Of a stretch of 64,000 bases of DNA, positions 12,001 through 21,300 are shown in pieces. The stretch is from contig JACPIK010000002.1 of assembly GCA_016188115.1 (NCBI GenBank), positions 148,125-212,124 of the forward strand, given 5' to 3'. Numbering within the stretch: the first letter of the stretch is position 1; each line of letters begins with the position of its first letter. Source of the DNA: Candidatus Woesearchaeota archaeon (GTDB lineage Archaea; Nanobdellota; Nanobdellia; Woesearchaeales; GW2011-AR9). The notes under the pieces are model-generated. The model saw only the letters and a list, made by a program, of their open reading frames with translations. It had not been told where the DNA came from and did no database searches. The translations under genes and the position numbers were made by a program.

Positions 12001-12501
12001 ATCACTAATTTCTTCGATAATCTTGCGTCTCTCTAATGGAGTCATCGTCACAAAACGGGTAATATCTCCTTGCAATACAATATTATATCCGTCTGGATTT
12101 ATTTTAGAAATAGCTAACAGATCAAGAATCTCTGTACGAGTTTTCTTTTTATTATTAACATAATATGTACTTCCGCCATCTTTCTGAATAGTTCTTGTAA
12201 TAACTATCTCCTTTGCATCAAGAGGAAATTCTTTTTCATCATTAGAAAAAACAATCTCCACTGTTCCTGTACTTGCTGGTTTCTTATTTTTTCCACCATT
12301 AAAAATCAAATTGGATGCTTTCTCTGCCCGCATCGATTTAGCACTAAGCCGACCAAGAACAAAACATAACGCGTCGCCTATGTTTGACTTACCTGAGCCA
12401 TTCGCCCCTAAAATACAGTTAAACCTCTCTTCTAAGAGAATATCTGTCTTATTGGCAAAGCTCTTAAACCCATGAATAGTAATACGATTTATTCTCGTCA
12501 T
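9010..12501 (-). CDS. smc: chromosome segregation protein SMC
   Basis: Walker A GANGSGKSN, long coiled coils, hinge (PGVYGTVAELG...), LSGGEKTLTALSF signature, Walker B ILDEIDAALD. Length is 1163 aa. Confidence 0.96.
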   Translation of the reverse strand: MTRINRITIHGFKSFANKTDILLEERFNCILGANGSGKSNIGDALCFVLGRLSAKSMRAEKASNLIFNGGKNKKPASTGTVEIVFSNDEKEFPLDAKEIVITRTIQKDGGSTYYVNNKKKTRTEILDLLAISKINPDGYNIVLQGDITRFVTMTPLERRKIIEEISDVSIYEDKKHKAMLELEKVEEKLNSAEIILKERKTYLKELKKDRDQALEFKQLKDKIDSHKATYIHLQMQDRKAKKEVFDKEVEKHQLKIQDSEKKVNEAKEAIAKLREQVVQINQDIEQKGEKEQVEVHRKIEELKVNIAKEKTRVSTLKDEINKIGQRKEQFRQEARDLEEKADASHGKKKELEQVHKEKAHELKQVEESIAQFKKKNNIESSVELEKGIEERDHKIEEKQEEVQKIRVRQQELLREKDRMEYQLQTVEEKVRKVAEVAKQNKDQITNLQDLKNNFKAATLRLNTCLDQDSSFASQLANARRNVVDAQEKLSKIQAKEMTLQASISNNQALNSILSQKKKFPGVYGTVAELGQVPKKYAPALEAAAAGRMQFIVVDNDQTAAECISFLKANRLGAASFIPLNKIKTQEISGEDKGLLKTPGVHDFAINIISFRAEYKKAFLYVFGNTLIVEDIDVARKVGVGRIKMASLDGNLAEASGVMRGGFNARRESVGFLEKDTVEEREKMEEGVAQLESVIAALEVKREGNMREITSLRTSKAELEAEIIKLEKTLHLETGDLDATTAIKKELSARLLEMDEEINKVQREIVALNKDLGTLKEEKNVLRSQVNELRNPRLLAQLTAFEETRQRLREEMLRLESDAKNMGSQLSQLIAPEQEKMKEIIKQHDKEEAQFKEEIHRLSESVHDQEKVLEQKEKDSKEFYSKYKELFTLREKVSAQITALENDTEKWREQARSSERDVNLVSLQNAEIKAKLAGLEEEFARYPHAVILENKHVDELKQEISKFEVMLGQLSTVNMKALEVYDQIEQEYNKLIEKKESLEKEKTDVMMLMNEIETKKKEQFMKTFEMANEHFGRIFSTLFTKGKAYLELDNPTNPFEDGLSIKVKISGNRFMDLKALSGGEKTLTALSFIFAIQEYQPASFYILDEIDAALDKHNAQLLANLIQAYSDRAQYIVISHNDALISQANTLYGVSMVDGISKVTSLKI

Positions 12502-12947
12502 CTGGTACCCTTTTTTAGATAGTAGAGGCTTGCGTTATCGTTTATAAAGATTACTGTGAAACAGGAGGAGAATAGCTCTGGGTGACCACAAAACTATCAA
12601 ATGTAAGTGCCGGAATCTAAAATTTTCAAGAACAGTCGTTTAATCTGCTAATTCCACTTGTGTATTCACAAGTGGTTGAGAAGCGGAAAAAAATTCATCG
12701 GAGTGGTCAGGGTCCGAACGAACGACCCGAGGCGTAGCCGAGCATGCTCTCGGTCTATTGACCGAGAGTGGTCGTGAGTGATTGAAAATAATCGCCAAAA
12801 GAATCTAGGAACGGTGAACGTTTTACATCAGAGATAACCAGCTGGATTTTCTACGCGAAACATTCGGTGTTTGCCCCTTCTTTTGGCAGAGTTACACTGG
12901 ATGTCTTTTTTAAAAATGTTATGGATTAGCAGGGTATAGAAATAAAG

Positions 12948-13114
12948 TGCACCGGCGGGGACTTTCGTACCTTTTGGCTTAACGGTTTTGGTCAAGCTTT
13001 TCCAAAAGGTTGTTCGAACCCCGGTCATCGGCTCTCTTCATAAGAGCAGTGTGCCCCTATACCCTCGAAGGGGAATATGGAAGGCCAACATACTAACCGC
13101 TATACGACCGGTGC
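12948..13114 (-). tRNA. tRNA-Gly(UCC) with two introns: 44 nt at 37/38 and 51 nt at the T-loop/T-stem boundary
   Basis: Minus strand reads GCACCGG-TC-GTAT-AGCGGTTA-GTAT-G-TTGGC-CTTCCA[44 nt, 13034-13077]A-GCCGA-TGAC-CGGGG-TTCGAAC[51 nt, about 12961-13011]CCCCG-CCGGTGC-A. Removing both inserts leaves exactly 72 nt that fold as a cloverleaf. Confidence 0.8.
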
Positions 13115-13139
13115 AACAGTCTCAAAAATCCAGAAGCGG

Positions 13140-13148
13140 TTTATAAAA
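13140..13148 (-). promoter_or_regulatory. TATA box, probably the tRNA-Gly promoter
   Basis: TTTATAAAA is centred about 30 nt upstream of the tRNA 5' end at 13114. It is near-palindromic, so orientation is not certain. Confidence 0.4.
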
Positions 13149-13163
13149 CTTACTCTATTCCAC

Positions 13164-13330
13164 AGCTTTGTCCTAAATCTCACTTTCGTTCGGGTTAGCA
13201 GCTTCGAATCCTTCGTTGTGTGGTCTCTGATGGTGCTATCTTCCCGTATGGAGCAACCCCTGATAACGCACCTATTAGTTCATCGCTTAGGATTCGACCT
13301 GATGCTGCTAACCACTTTTAGGACAAAGCT
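13164..13330. other. rod-like structured element A (~167 nt); unassigned ncRNA, structured 3'UTR or MITE-like element
   Basis: Nested perfect helices: AGCTTTGTCCTAAA (13164-13177)/TTTAGGACAAAGCT (13317-13330); GGTTAGCAGC (13193-13202)/GCTGCTAACC (13304-13313); TCGAATCC (13204-13211)/GGATTCGA (13290-13297); GGTGC (13232-13236)/GCACC (13268-13272). The element is flanked by the direct repeat CTATTCCA (13155-13162 and 13331-13338). Confidence 0.35.
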
Positions 13331-13726
13331 CTATTCCAGAATCACTTCTTTTAATTCCTTAAAATAAAACCCCATCAGCCCTCCGGCGAGTGGAAACAAC
13401 AGAATCACAACAAAGAGGAATGGATGCATGGAATAATCATACAATAAAATCTCTAACACTAATCCCAAAAGAACACCCAGAACAGTTCGTCCTAATCTCT
13501 TCTTAACTTTACACATTCGTCCAACGCCCCAGACTGCAAGAAAGACACCTAACGTAACACCAATAAAAGAACCTAACATTGCCCATCCCTCGTATCCCAT
13601 ACCGAGATTTTCAAACGGAAGTGTAAATCCCAACGGATACACCAAGAGTCCACCTAGTAACCCAAGAATACCAAAAACAACAAGCGCAAGTACACCAACT
13701 ATTAGCTGCCACCAGAACGGTTTCAT
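13331..13726 (-). CDS. small integral membrane protein
   Basis: 131 aa, four predicted hydrophobic helices, G/L/V-rich. Confidence 0.6.
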   Translation of the reverse strand: MKPFWWQLIVGVLALVVFGILGLLGGLLVYPLGFTLPFENLGMGYEGWAMLGSFIGVTLGVFLAVWGVGRMCKVKKRLGRTVLGVLLGLVLEILLYDYSMHPFLFVVILLFPLAGGLMGFYFKELKEVILE

Positions 13727-13859
13727 ATAATCTTCTCCTCATATAATATTTGCATACTTCCTTTTCCGGGGAACTTTTTAACGATTTCTATTTTTTTGAT
13801 ACGTTCTCGATTAATCACCTTCTAATTCTATAATCGTCGAACAGCTCTTAAAATCAATT

Positions 13860-14669
13860 CTAAGCAAGGCGTGGTTGCCATCCTCTTGGTTTAGGAGTGG
13901 GCGTATTCCGTTCAACCTGTCTTATTATCTCCTCTGCATCGTGACTCATTACGCCTATCAAATCAATGGCATATCTATGAATCGTTTCGGTTTGTCTCTG
14001 GGGGATTAAATGTATAGGATATCCTTGTTGATAAAGTAATGCAAGAGCTGCGCTAACTTCATCTTGAGGAAGACCTTCTGCTGCTTCATATGTAGAAAAA
14101 GTTAAAGTGTCTGAAGCTCGAACACCATGACGAATAAGTGTCTCTAATTCGGTATAATCTGGCAGTTCCCACCTATCCGTGCACAACAGTACACAATTCC
14201 ATTGTTGTCCAAGATCACGTAAAGATAACTCTGTATTTTCAAATAGTGTTTCGTATGCCTCTATCTTAATAGGATCAGTACCTCGGATGGTTTTTGTATC
14301 TGCATTGGGCAAAAGCCCAAATCGAACTTCGATATAATTACGTGAAACACTAGCATCTTGACATCCAATACTTTCTGCAACACGTAACATGACATCATGT
14401 ACGGTTTCATTTCGATCTCGAATATACTCTTTTAATAACTCTGGAAATCTCTCTTGTAATTCTCCTCTGCCATATAATTCTTCAGAATTTCCCAGAACTT
14501 CATCAACATGATTGGCTACATATTCCACAACCTCGTTTGGGGTTGGTTCTTGAAACCTTCCTAACAGGACATATCCTTTTAAGCTTGCATCAATCTCACG
14601 GGGAAATGTGGGCAATGCGACATACACTGCATGTGGAACGACAGAAAGTAAACGTGAATCTAACGTCAT
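13860..14669 (-). CDS. hypothetical protein downstream of the S8 protease
   Basis: Trimmed to the ATG at 14669 (MTLDSRLL...), because the ORF-track start at 14837 overlaps the upstream gene by 118 nt. No motif recognised. Confidence 0.55.
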   Translation of the reverse strand: MTLDSRLLSVVPHAVYVALPTFPREIDASLKGYVLLGRFQEPTPNEVVEYVANHVDEVLGNSEELYGRGELQERFPELLKEYIRDRNETVHDVMLRVAESIGCQDASVSRNYIEVRFGLLPNADTKTIRGTDPIKIEAYETLFENTELSLRDLGQQWNCVLLCTDRWELPDYTELETLIRHGVRASDTLTFSTYEAAEGLPQDEVSAALALLYQQGYPIHLIPQRQTETIHRYAIDLIGVMSHDAEEIIRQVERNTPTPKPRGWQPRLA

Positions 14670-14719
14670 AGTTCCCACGTTAGAAATCAGATTATAAAGA
14701 TTATTGTTCTTGATAAATC

Positions 14720-17700
14720 TTATTTTCGTCTCACAAAAATCGCATAGACTAAACTTAAAATTGCAATAACTCCCCATACGATCATCAATACGATCTGTTT
14801 TGAACTTAGATTTTCCTCTTTCAAATCGCCAGTCCAATTCACTGGTCGTGCCTGTGTTTGTGTTGTTGGCGTAGCAGCAGCAGCGTCATTGGTTGCCGTA
14901 AGAGTAGGTTGCGCTTGATCTGATTTTTGTGCCTCTAAAGAAACGCATGAGTTTGAACAAGATCCTCCGCAATCAACACCAGCTTCATTCCCATTTTGAA
15001 TTGTGTCAGTACATGAAATCACATTAAATGAATAGGATGAAGTTAGAGTATGTGGCACTACAGCATTATCAACAACACTAATGTTAAGAACATGAGCTCC
15101 GCTACGTAAATCAGAGAGCTGCAATGTGCAACTCATCGCTTTATTTAAAGTACTGCATCCGGCGCCATTTTGCAAATTTCCATCAAGAGCAAACGAAATC
15201 GTAGAGATTCCTGAATTATCCCTTGCATTCACTTCTATAAGTTGAACAACATCCCGCTGCAAATGAACTTCGGCAAGATACTTTGTCTCTCCTAAAGTAG
15301 GATGAGTGGTATCATTTACAATTACCACTCGGCGATCACTCAACGAGGTTGAACCATTCGATGCATTCAAAAGTAAATCATATCTCCCTGTCTTTTGATA
15401 CTCATATGATCCGCTTCCATTCGCAGAAATTATCCCCTCACCAAAAGACCAGGTAGTGGTATAATTTCCAGTAAGATTAACCTGCGAACTATAACTAAGA
15501 AGACTTCCAAGCTCAATGACCGTGGCATTTGCAGGAGATAGTATTAAAGAAGCAGGGCTAACAACATCAACATAAAGCAACCCAGTGGAATTACTATTCT
15601 TTGCTAAATCAGTCGCGAAAATTTCATAATACACTCTTTTCTCTTGTTGCAATTGGGACGCATTAAACGTATATCCCTGTGCTTCTATAACAGTGTTATT
15701 GCTCCAATTCCCTGTTATATTAGTATGGAAACGTAAAGAACTCGTATTCAGATTAGTTTCGTTCACCACAAATGTAACACTAAACGCATTATTTTTATTA
15801 GCAGTAAGCAGTGATGTAACCGTAATTTGAGGGAGCATAGTATCGACTTTGAATGTTTTTTCATCTAATCCTATTTGATTACCTTCACTATCACTTGCAT
15901 TAATTAGCAAAGTATAATTTCCCTCTCCTAATGGGCCAAATGATGTTCGTAGCATTCCCCTAGCCATAGATCCATTAGTATAATTCAACACAATATTTCT
16001 TGACTGATTAAACACATAATACTTTAAGTCTGCTACATCTGTAACATTAATCTCCAAAGACACATTCTGACGGTGATAACTATTATTTTCAGGTACGTGA
16101 ACAACGAGAGGAATGATCGATAAATTAACCCAAACCTCGCGCTGTTCGCTTATGCTAGTTTGATTAAGTAAATCTATTCCATAGAAATGAAACTGTCTCA
16201 ACCCTTCAGAAATATTGGTTAATGTAAAACTATACCAATAATGGGTATTATTATTTCCTGTGCTATTGTAAGTCATATTTGGGTAACTTTGATTTAATGA
16301 AAGCTGTTCTAAAGTTACCACAGCAAATGGCACATCGCTGCTCACATTAAATATTACCGATGATGATACTAATGTAGATGAGTTAACTGGACTTGGCGAG
16401 ATCCATTCTACTGTTGGCTTTGTCGCGTTGCGAACATCTAATCGATGATATGTGCGTGATGATGCGCTATCAATAATACTCTTCCCTTTCGTTGCAAGAA
16501 GAGCCTCCAGTTGATCGGGGAGAAGTGTAATGCCGTATGCTTTTTGATAAAAGTCGCGTAACACAACACTCACTGCCGCAGCATGAGGGGTAGCCATTGA
16601 CGTTCCACTCAATGATGCCCATGCTCCATTAAGAGAAGTCGACATAATTTGAGTTGCGGGAGCAACAACATCAAGAATCGTTCCTCGGTTAAACACCATT
16701 TCATTATTTGCATTAACACCACCTACTGGCGTTACATTTTGAATACAACTAGGATTTGAAATCCCATCACTCCACCCATTATTGCCTGCAGCAATAAATA
16801 CAGAAATATTTCTCCCCACCGCTTTGTTAATTGAAGATGCTAATACGTCATTATTGCAATATGTTTGATAATGAACACAACTTTGTCCACCGCATCCCAA
16901 ACTCATACTAATCGCGCTAATGTTATATCTCTGTGCATTACTGGTGCACCACTCTAATCCCGCAAGCACATCAGACGCATATCCTGATCCTTGGCTATCC
17001 AATGCTTTCACCGCAACCAAAGAACTATAAGGCGAAATCCCTTTATAGGTGGCATCTTGCGACGCGATAATTCCTGCTACATGTGTGCCGTGACCATGAT
17101 CATCGATAGGATTAACATCATTATTAAACGTGTCCCATCCGCCCCGTACGAGAGAACAATTACTCCAATTCATCGTTGTTTGCGTTGTCCCATTAATTGC
17201 TTGATCTACATAGAATCCATATCCCGTAACTGAACTATCACTTATTAACTTCACATATATTGTATCCCCCTCAACACTTGGTGTCCAGATATCGCGCGCT
17301 GTTGATTTATAGATTGCAACAGTTTGATTTAGTCCATCATACACATAAATTCGATCTAATGTATCAACACCATTTTCAATAGGCTCAAGGGTGATATTGG
17401 AAAAATGAATTGCAATCCGATCAAAACCAGGCATCGTTACTTGCCATACCTTCTCGAGTGAATCATTGTAAGGATGTTCAGACTCAATAATTCCAGATCC
17501 GTTAACGGTGTTTCCATCAAGCTGATAAGCGACGGGACTACAACTCCCCAATGCTGCATGCGTATAATCAATACCAGTATCAATAACACATACACTTCTC
17601 ATTTCACCATGTCGTGTGAGATTGGTTGAAAAATTTAACAATGTGTTTATTCCAATCATTGGCGCTGATTCATCAAGAGTTAATTCAACAGGATAATCTA

Positions 17701-18199
17701 ATACTATTTTGGCAACATTCTCACTTTTAGTAAGTTCTACCAGTGTTATTGGATCTTTTATTTCACCTGCAATAAACGCTTGTGCTTCACTTTTCTGTGT
17801 TACAATAAACTCGGCTGCGTTGTCACTTTCTCTGCTCAATTCTTCCTGATGGTGTTGTTCTACAACCTCTGGTGATACTTCAGTATGTGAAACATCAAGA
17901 ATATCAACTTCTTCTGCCAAATTCTCCAAAAATTCTTCTTGTTCCTGAAATCCTGGCTCTTCTAAAACAACAATGACTCTTGGTTGGGTTTCTCCATTTT
18001 GGATTTCTTGAACCAACGCTGCATCCATTTTTTCAGTGCTCACACGAACACCTTGTTCCAGAATCACATACCCTACAAGGTTAGAATCACCAAACTCAGT
18101 TAACTCACCATTAAAAAAAAATCCCCATCCAAACAGACCGCCAAGTGCAACAAAACCTACAAGAATAGCTACTCTGTCCCAATAAATTTCGTACTTCAT
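14720..18199 (-). CDS. giant membrane-anchored subtilisin-like serine protease (S8), paralogue 1
   Basis: Catalytic triad motifs VCVIDTGIDYTH, HGHGTHVAGIIAS and SGTSMATPHAAAV. N-terminal and C-terminal TM segments, a very high density of N-x-S/T sequons, and an insert (ESEHPYNDS...) between the Asp and His motifs. Confidence 0.92.
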   Translation of the reverse strand: MKYEIYWDRVAILVGFVALGGLFGWGFFFNGELTEFGDSNLVGYVILEQGVRVSTEKMDAALVQEIQNGETQPRVIVVLEEPGFQEQEEFLENLAEEVDILDVSHTEVSPEVVEQHHQEELSRESDNAAEFIVTQKSEAQAFIAGEIKDPITLVELTKSENVAKIVLDYPVELTLDESAPMIGINTLLNFSTNLTRHGEMRSVCVIDTGIDYTHAALGSCSPVAYQLDGNTVNGSGIIESEHPYNDSLEKVWQVTMPGFDRIAIHFSNITLEPIENGVDTLDRIYVYDGLNQTVAIYKSTARDIWTPSVEGDTIYVKLISDSSVTGYGFYVDQAINGTTQTTMNWSNCSLVRGGWDTFNNDVNPIDDHGHGTHVAGIIASQDATYKGISPYSSLVAVKALDSQGSGYASDVLAGLEWCTSNAQRYNISAISMSLGCGGQSCVHYQTYCNNDVLASSINKAVGRNISVFIAAGNNGWSDGISNPSCIQNVTPVGGVNANNEMVFNRGTILDVVAPATQIMSTSLNGAWASLSGTSMATPHAAAVSVVLRDFYQKAYGITLLPDQLEALLATKGKSIIDSASSRTYHRLDVRNATKPTVEWISPSPVNSSTLVSSSVIFNVSSDVPFAVVTLEQLSLNQSYPNMTYNSTGNNNTHYWYSFTLTNISEGLRQFHFYGIDLLNQTSISEQREVWVNLSIIPLVVHVPENNSYHRQNVSLEINVTDVADLKYYVFNQSRNIVLNYTNGSMARGMLRTSFGPLGEGNYTLLINASDSEGNQIGLDEKTFKVDTMLPQITVTSLLTANKNNAFSVTFVVNETNLNTSSLRFHTNITGNWSNNTVIEAQGYTFNASQLQQEKRVYYEIFATDLAKNSNSTGLLYVDVVSPASLILSPANATVIELGSLLSYSSQVNLTGNYTTTWSFGEGIISANGSGSYEYQKTGRYDLLLNASNGSTSLSDRRVVIVNDTTHPTLGETKYLAEVHLQRDVVQLIEVNARDNSGISTISFALDGNLQNGAGCSTLNKAMSCTLQLSDLRSGAHVLNISVVDNAVVPHTLTSSYSFNVISCTDTIQNGNEAGVDCGGSCSNSCVSLEAQKSDQAQPTLTATNDAAAATPTTQTQARPVNWTGDLKEENLSSKQIVLMIVWGVIAILSLVYAIFVRRK

Positions 18200-18331
18200 C
18201 TCACCAGCTCTTTTTTTGATAGTACAATCAATACTAATAATACTAATTCTGCTCTTTTTAGGAGAATAAAGACAAAAATGCTATTTAAATGTTTGGGAGT
18301 AGTCTAGATTATACAGGTCACACTTATTTCT

Positions 18332-21300
18332 CTATTTTTGATCTATTCTTCTTTTTCTCAAACTATTTCTGCCAATCCCAAAGAAACACCCAGCAATAAC
18401 CAACACAAAAACCACTAACACTGCCTCTTTTGTAGATGAACTCAGATCTCTATACACATTAATTGCCGCACCGACGAATGGCAAGCGATTACGATTTGAA
18501 TCTTGACCAACTTCCTTGTGTTGGTCTGCACCCGCAATATTCTCGCCAACTTTTTTCTCACCCGCTACAACACTCTGTTTTCCGTTGTCATTTGACTTTG
18601 CTTTCTGTAGTCTTTCACCTTCCACTTTTGCAGGCTCTGCCGGGGTGGTCGTCGCTGCTTTCTTGGCAGGAGCTATGCCCCCTCCGCCACCTCCTCCTCC
18701 TCCTCCCCCTCCGCCAGAACTTCCACTTGAAGACGAAGTAGTAGGACAACTTGCAGTACAAGAACCGCCACAATCAACACCAGCTTCATTACCGTTTTTG
18801 GAACTGTCGCTACACGATGTAACTGTAAATGAAAGAGACGTCGCATTATCATGGCGTATACTAAAATTATCTGATGTGGTCAACGTAAATTCATACGTTC
18901 CCGTAGAAAAATTATTCAAAAACCACACGCAACTCTGCGAAGAACTATTTCCACTACACGTATTGTTAAGTGTACTCGATCCAATCACCAAACTCATATT
19001 AGATATGTTAGAATAATCTAGTACTGAAACATTGATCCATTGGTATCCATCACGCTGGATGTGAACCTGTGAATTAAATGTTTGAGAAAGAACTGTTGGG
19101 GATTTAGTATCATTCACAAAAATAGTATGCGAAGTAATATTTCCCTGTCCTGCGCCAGTTGCATTAAAAATAATAGTTTCGTTACCTGCTTTATATAACT
19201 CCAACGATACATTTTGTGTAGAAAAATTAAGTCCATGATTTGTAAAATTCCAAGTATAATTTAACACATTACTCTCAAACCCTGTTGTCGTTCCTAAAAA
19301 AGACAATACCTGTCCTAACTCTGCTACCGTGCCATTATTTGGGCTTGAAATTGTAACGGTAGGTTGACTTGAATTAATTCCCACACTCACATTTCGCTGC
19401 AGGGTATATCCTGTCACTAATCCACTCACGTTGCCGCTGACACGATAAAGATAACTCGTATTTACTAAAGGCGTAACCACTAAAGAAAAAAGTGTTGCAT
19501 TATTTTGAGTTAACAGATGGTACAGGGTGGATCCATTGGTAAAAATAAGTTCTGCTGTCGCATTTGACAAAGGCTGCGAAGAGCTTACATTTAACGTGAA
19601 CGTATTATTTACTACAGAATTATTTGCGGGTGTTGGTGATATAAACGTAAGAATTGGACTTATCGCACCAGAAACATTAATCCTACTAAACGTAAGATTA
19701 TTTCGAGTATCGTTTATTCTGATTCCAGTTTGATTTAATGTCAAATACATCTCTGTGGGGGTAATAGTTCTACTATGAACCGTGCTCCAATAGTTAGCCA
19801 TCAATAATGCTGCGCCTGCGACATGAGGCGTTGCCATAGACGTGCCGGCAAGAGCAGAAAAGGTATTATCTAAATAAGGTGCGCAAATTTTATCACCGTT
19901 CGTGCACGCTGAAGCTCCGCCAGATATTCCTCCAGGCGCAAGCAATCCTAATCGTGTACCGCTGTTACTATAACTCGCCACGGCATCTGCCTTTGTCGTT
20001 GCGCCTATAGCTGTTACATTTGTGATACACGCAGGCGAAGAGAGACCGCTAATCGTTGCTTCATTTCCCGACGCAGCAACAACCATTATACCTTCACCAA
20101 CCGCACTATTGACCATCGCCGCAGTAGTAGGATACGAAGAATCACATGCGGAATTTGAATGGTAACTTGTCGTTCCCAAGCTCATGCTAATCACCGAAAT
20201 ATTGTACACATTTTTGTTTTGAATACACCATTCAATCGCAGCATCAATATCACTAAAATATCCGCTTCCACTCGAATCCATGGATTTCATCGCGACAACT
20301 TTTGCAGCAGGAGCAATTCCCCGATAGGTCTCATTGCGTGAAACAATAGTTCCAGACACGTGTGTTCCGTGACCATTATCATCCATTGGGTCAGCGTCAT
20401 TATTTACAAAATCAAATCCCCCTGCAATGCCTGCGCATGTACTCCAATTAGCAGTGGTGTTCGTAGTGCCATTAATTATCGCATCAACATAGAAACCGTA
20501 ATTGGTAATCGAACTATCTGTAACGAGTTGTATGCTCATCATTCCTCCACTCACATGTGGGGTCCAGATATTACTCAAATTTCCTTTGTATACTGCAACA
20601 GTACGATTTTGTCCATCATACACAAACACCCGATCAGATGCATCAGCAGAGCTATTTGGCGCTTCAAGGCTAATATTTACAAAATGAATTGCCATGGAAG
20701 TATAATTTTCCCGATAAATCGTAAATGTTACATTGGCATTGTTAGCATAAGGATGTGCCGACTCAATTGCCGTTGACAAATTTTCTTGCACACCAGAAGT
20801 AGTATATGTCATTGGTGAGCAAGCGCCAAATGCGTTGTGTCGATAATCAATTCCCGAATCAATAACGCAGGCTGTTTGTCCAGATCCATTTATCCCTAAT
20901 CCAAGGTATGTTAGATTTTGAACGAGCCCAGCTCCAATCAATGGTCCACTGGCATTCAAAAACAGAGACACTTTTTCATCAATAATTACTTGTTGGACAA
21001 GAGAATTTTCTTCCAACGCATCAATCGCATCTTGCGTAACCACGGCACTTAGTGCGGAAATGGTCTCATATTCGTTGGTAAGCAAAAAGTCATTTCCAAC
21101 TTGAAGTGTATCTTGCGAAACTAACAATTCTTCTTGCTCTAAGCTCTCAACACGATCGCTTTTACTATTAATATCTACAAGATCTCCATTTTCCTCTACG
21201 TCACTTTGTTGTACTTCTACAAGCTCTTCCAAATCATCTAATATCTCTTGTTGTTCTTGCTCAACATTACGCTGTGATTGATCTTTGAGAATAATAATTA

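Noticed and set aside
12690-12800. 5S rRNA in the GC-rich segment containing CCGAAC, and also tested on element B.
   Set aside because: No helix I pairing of the ends, no three-way junction and no GAAGUUAAGC-like loop C/helix III sequence could be drawn.
13164-13330. Calling element A the SRP (7S) RNA because of CCCGTATGGAGCAACCCC. I made similar attempts for GGTCAGGGTCCGAACGAACGACC (about 12705-12728) and TTCCCGGACGGAGCGACCCC (about 59624-59643).
   Set aside because: Each candidate lacks at least two invariant helix-8 features (the GNAR tetraloop, the 5'-side AGG, or the exact AGCA), and none has an Alu domain or helix 6. The resemblance is too weak without a covariance-model score.
12828-13367. 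ORFs 12828..13028 (minus) and 13077..13367 (plus).
   Set aside because: They overlap the two-intron tRNA-Gly and the rod-like element A, and their products have no protein-like features.
13860-14837. Long N-terminal extensions in the ORF track: 13860..14837, 33349..34113, 54871..55542, 49840..50631, and the GTG/TTG starts at 8797, 27456, 42856, 34232, 6321 and 1821.
   Set aside because: The extensions overlap neighbouring genes or precede a Shine-Dalgarno-like GGAGG/GGTGAT + ATG, so I chose the downstream ATG starts.
18463-19016. Plus-strand ORFs encoding a poly-Pro run (PPPPPPPPPPPP).
   Set aside because: This is the reverse complement of the poly-Gly linker codons of S8 protease paralogue 2, so it is a frame artefact.
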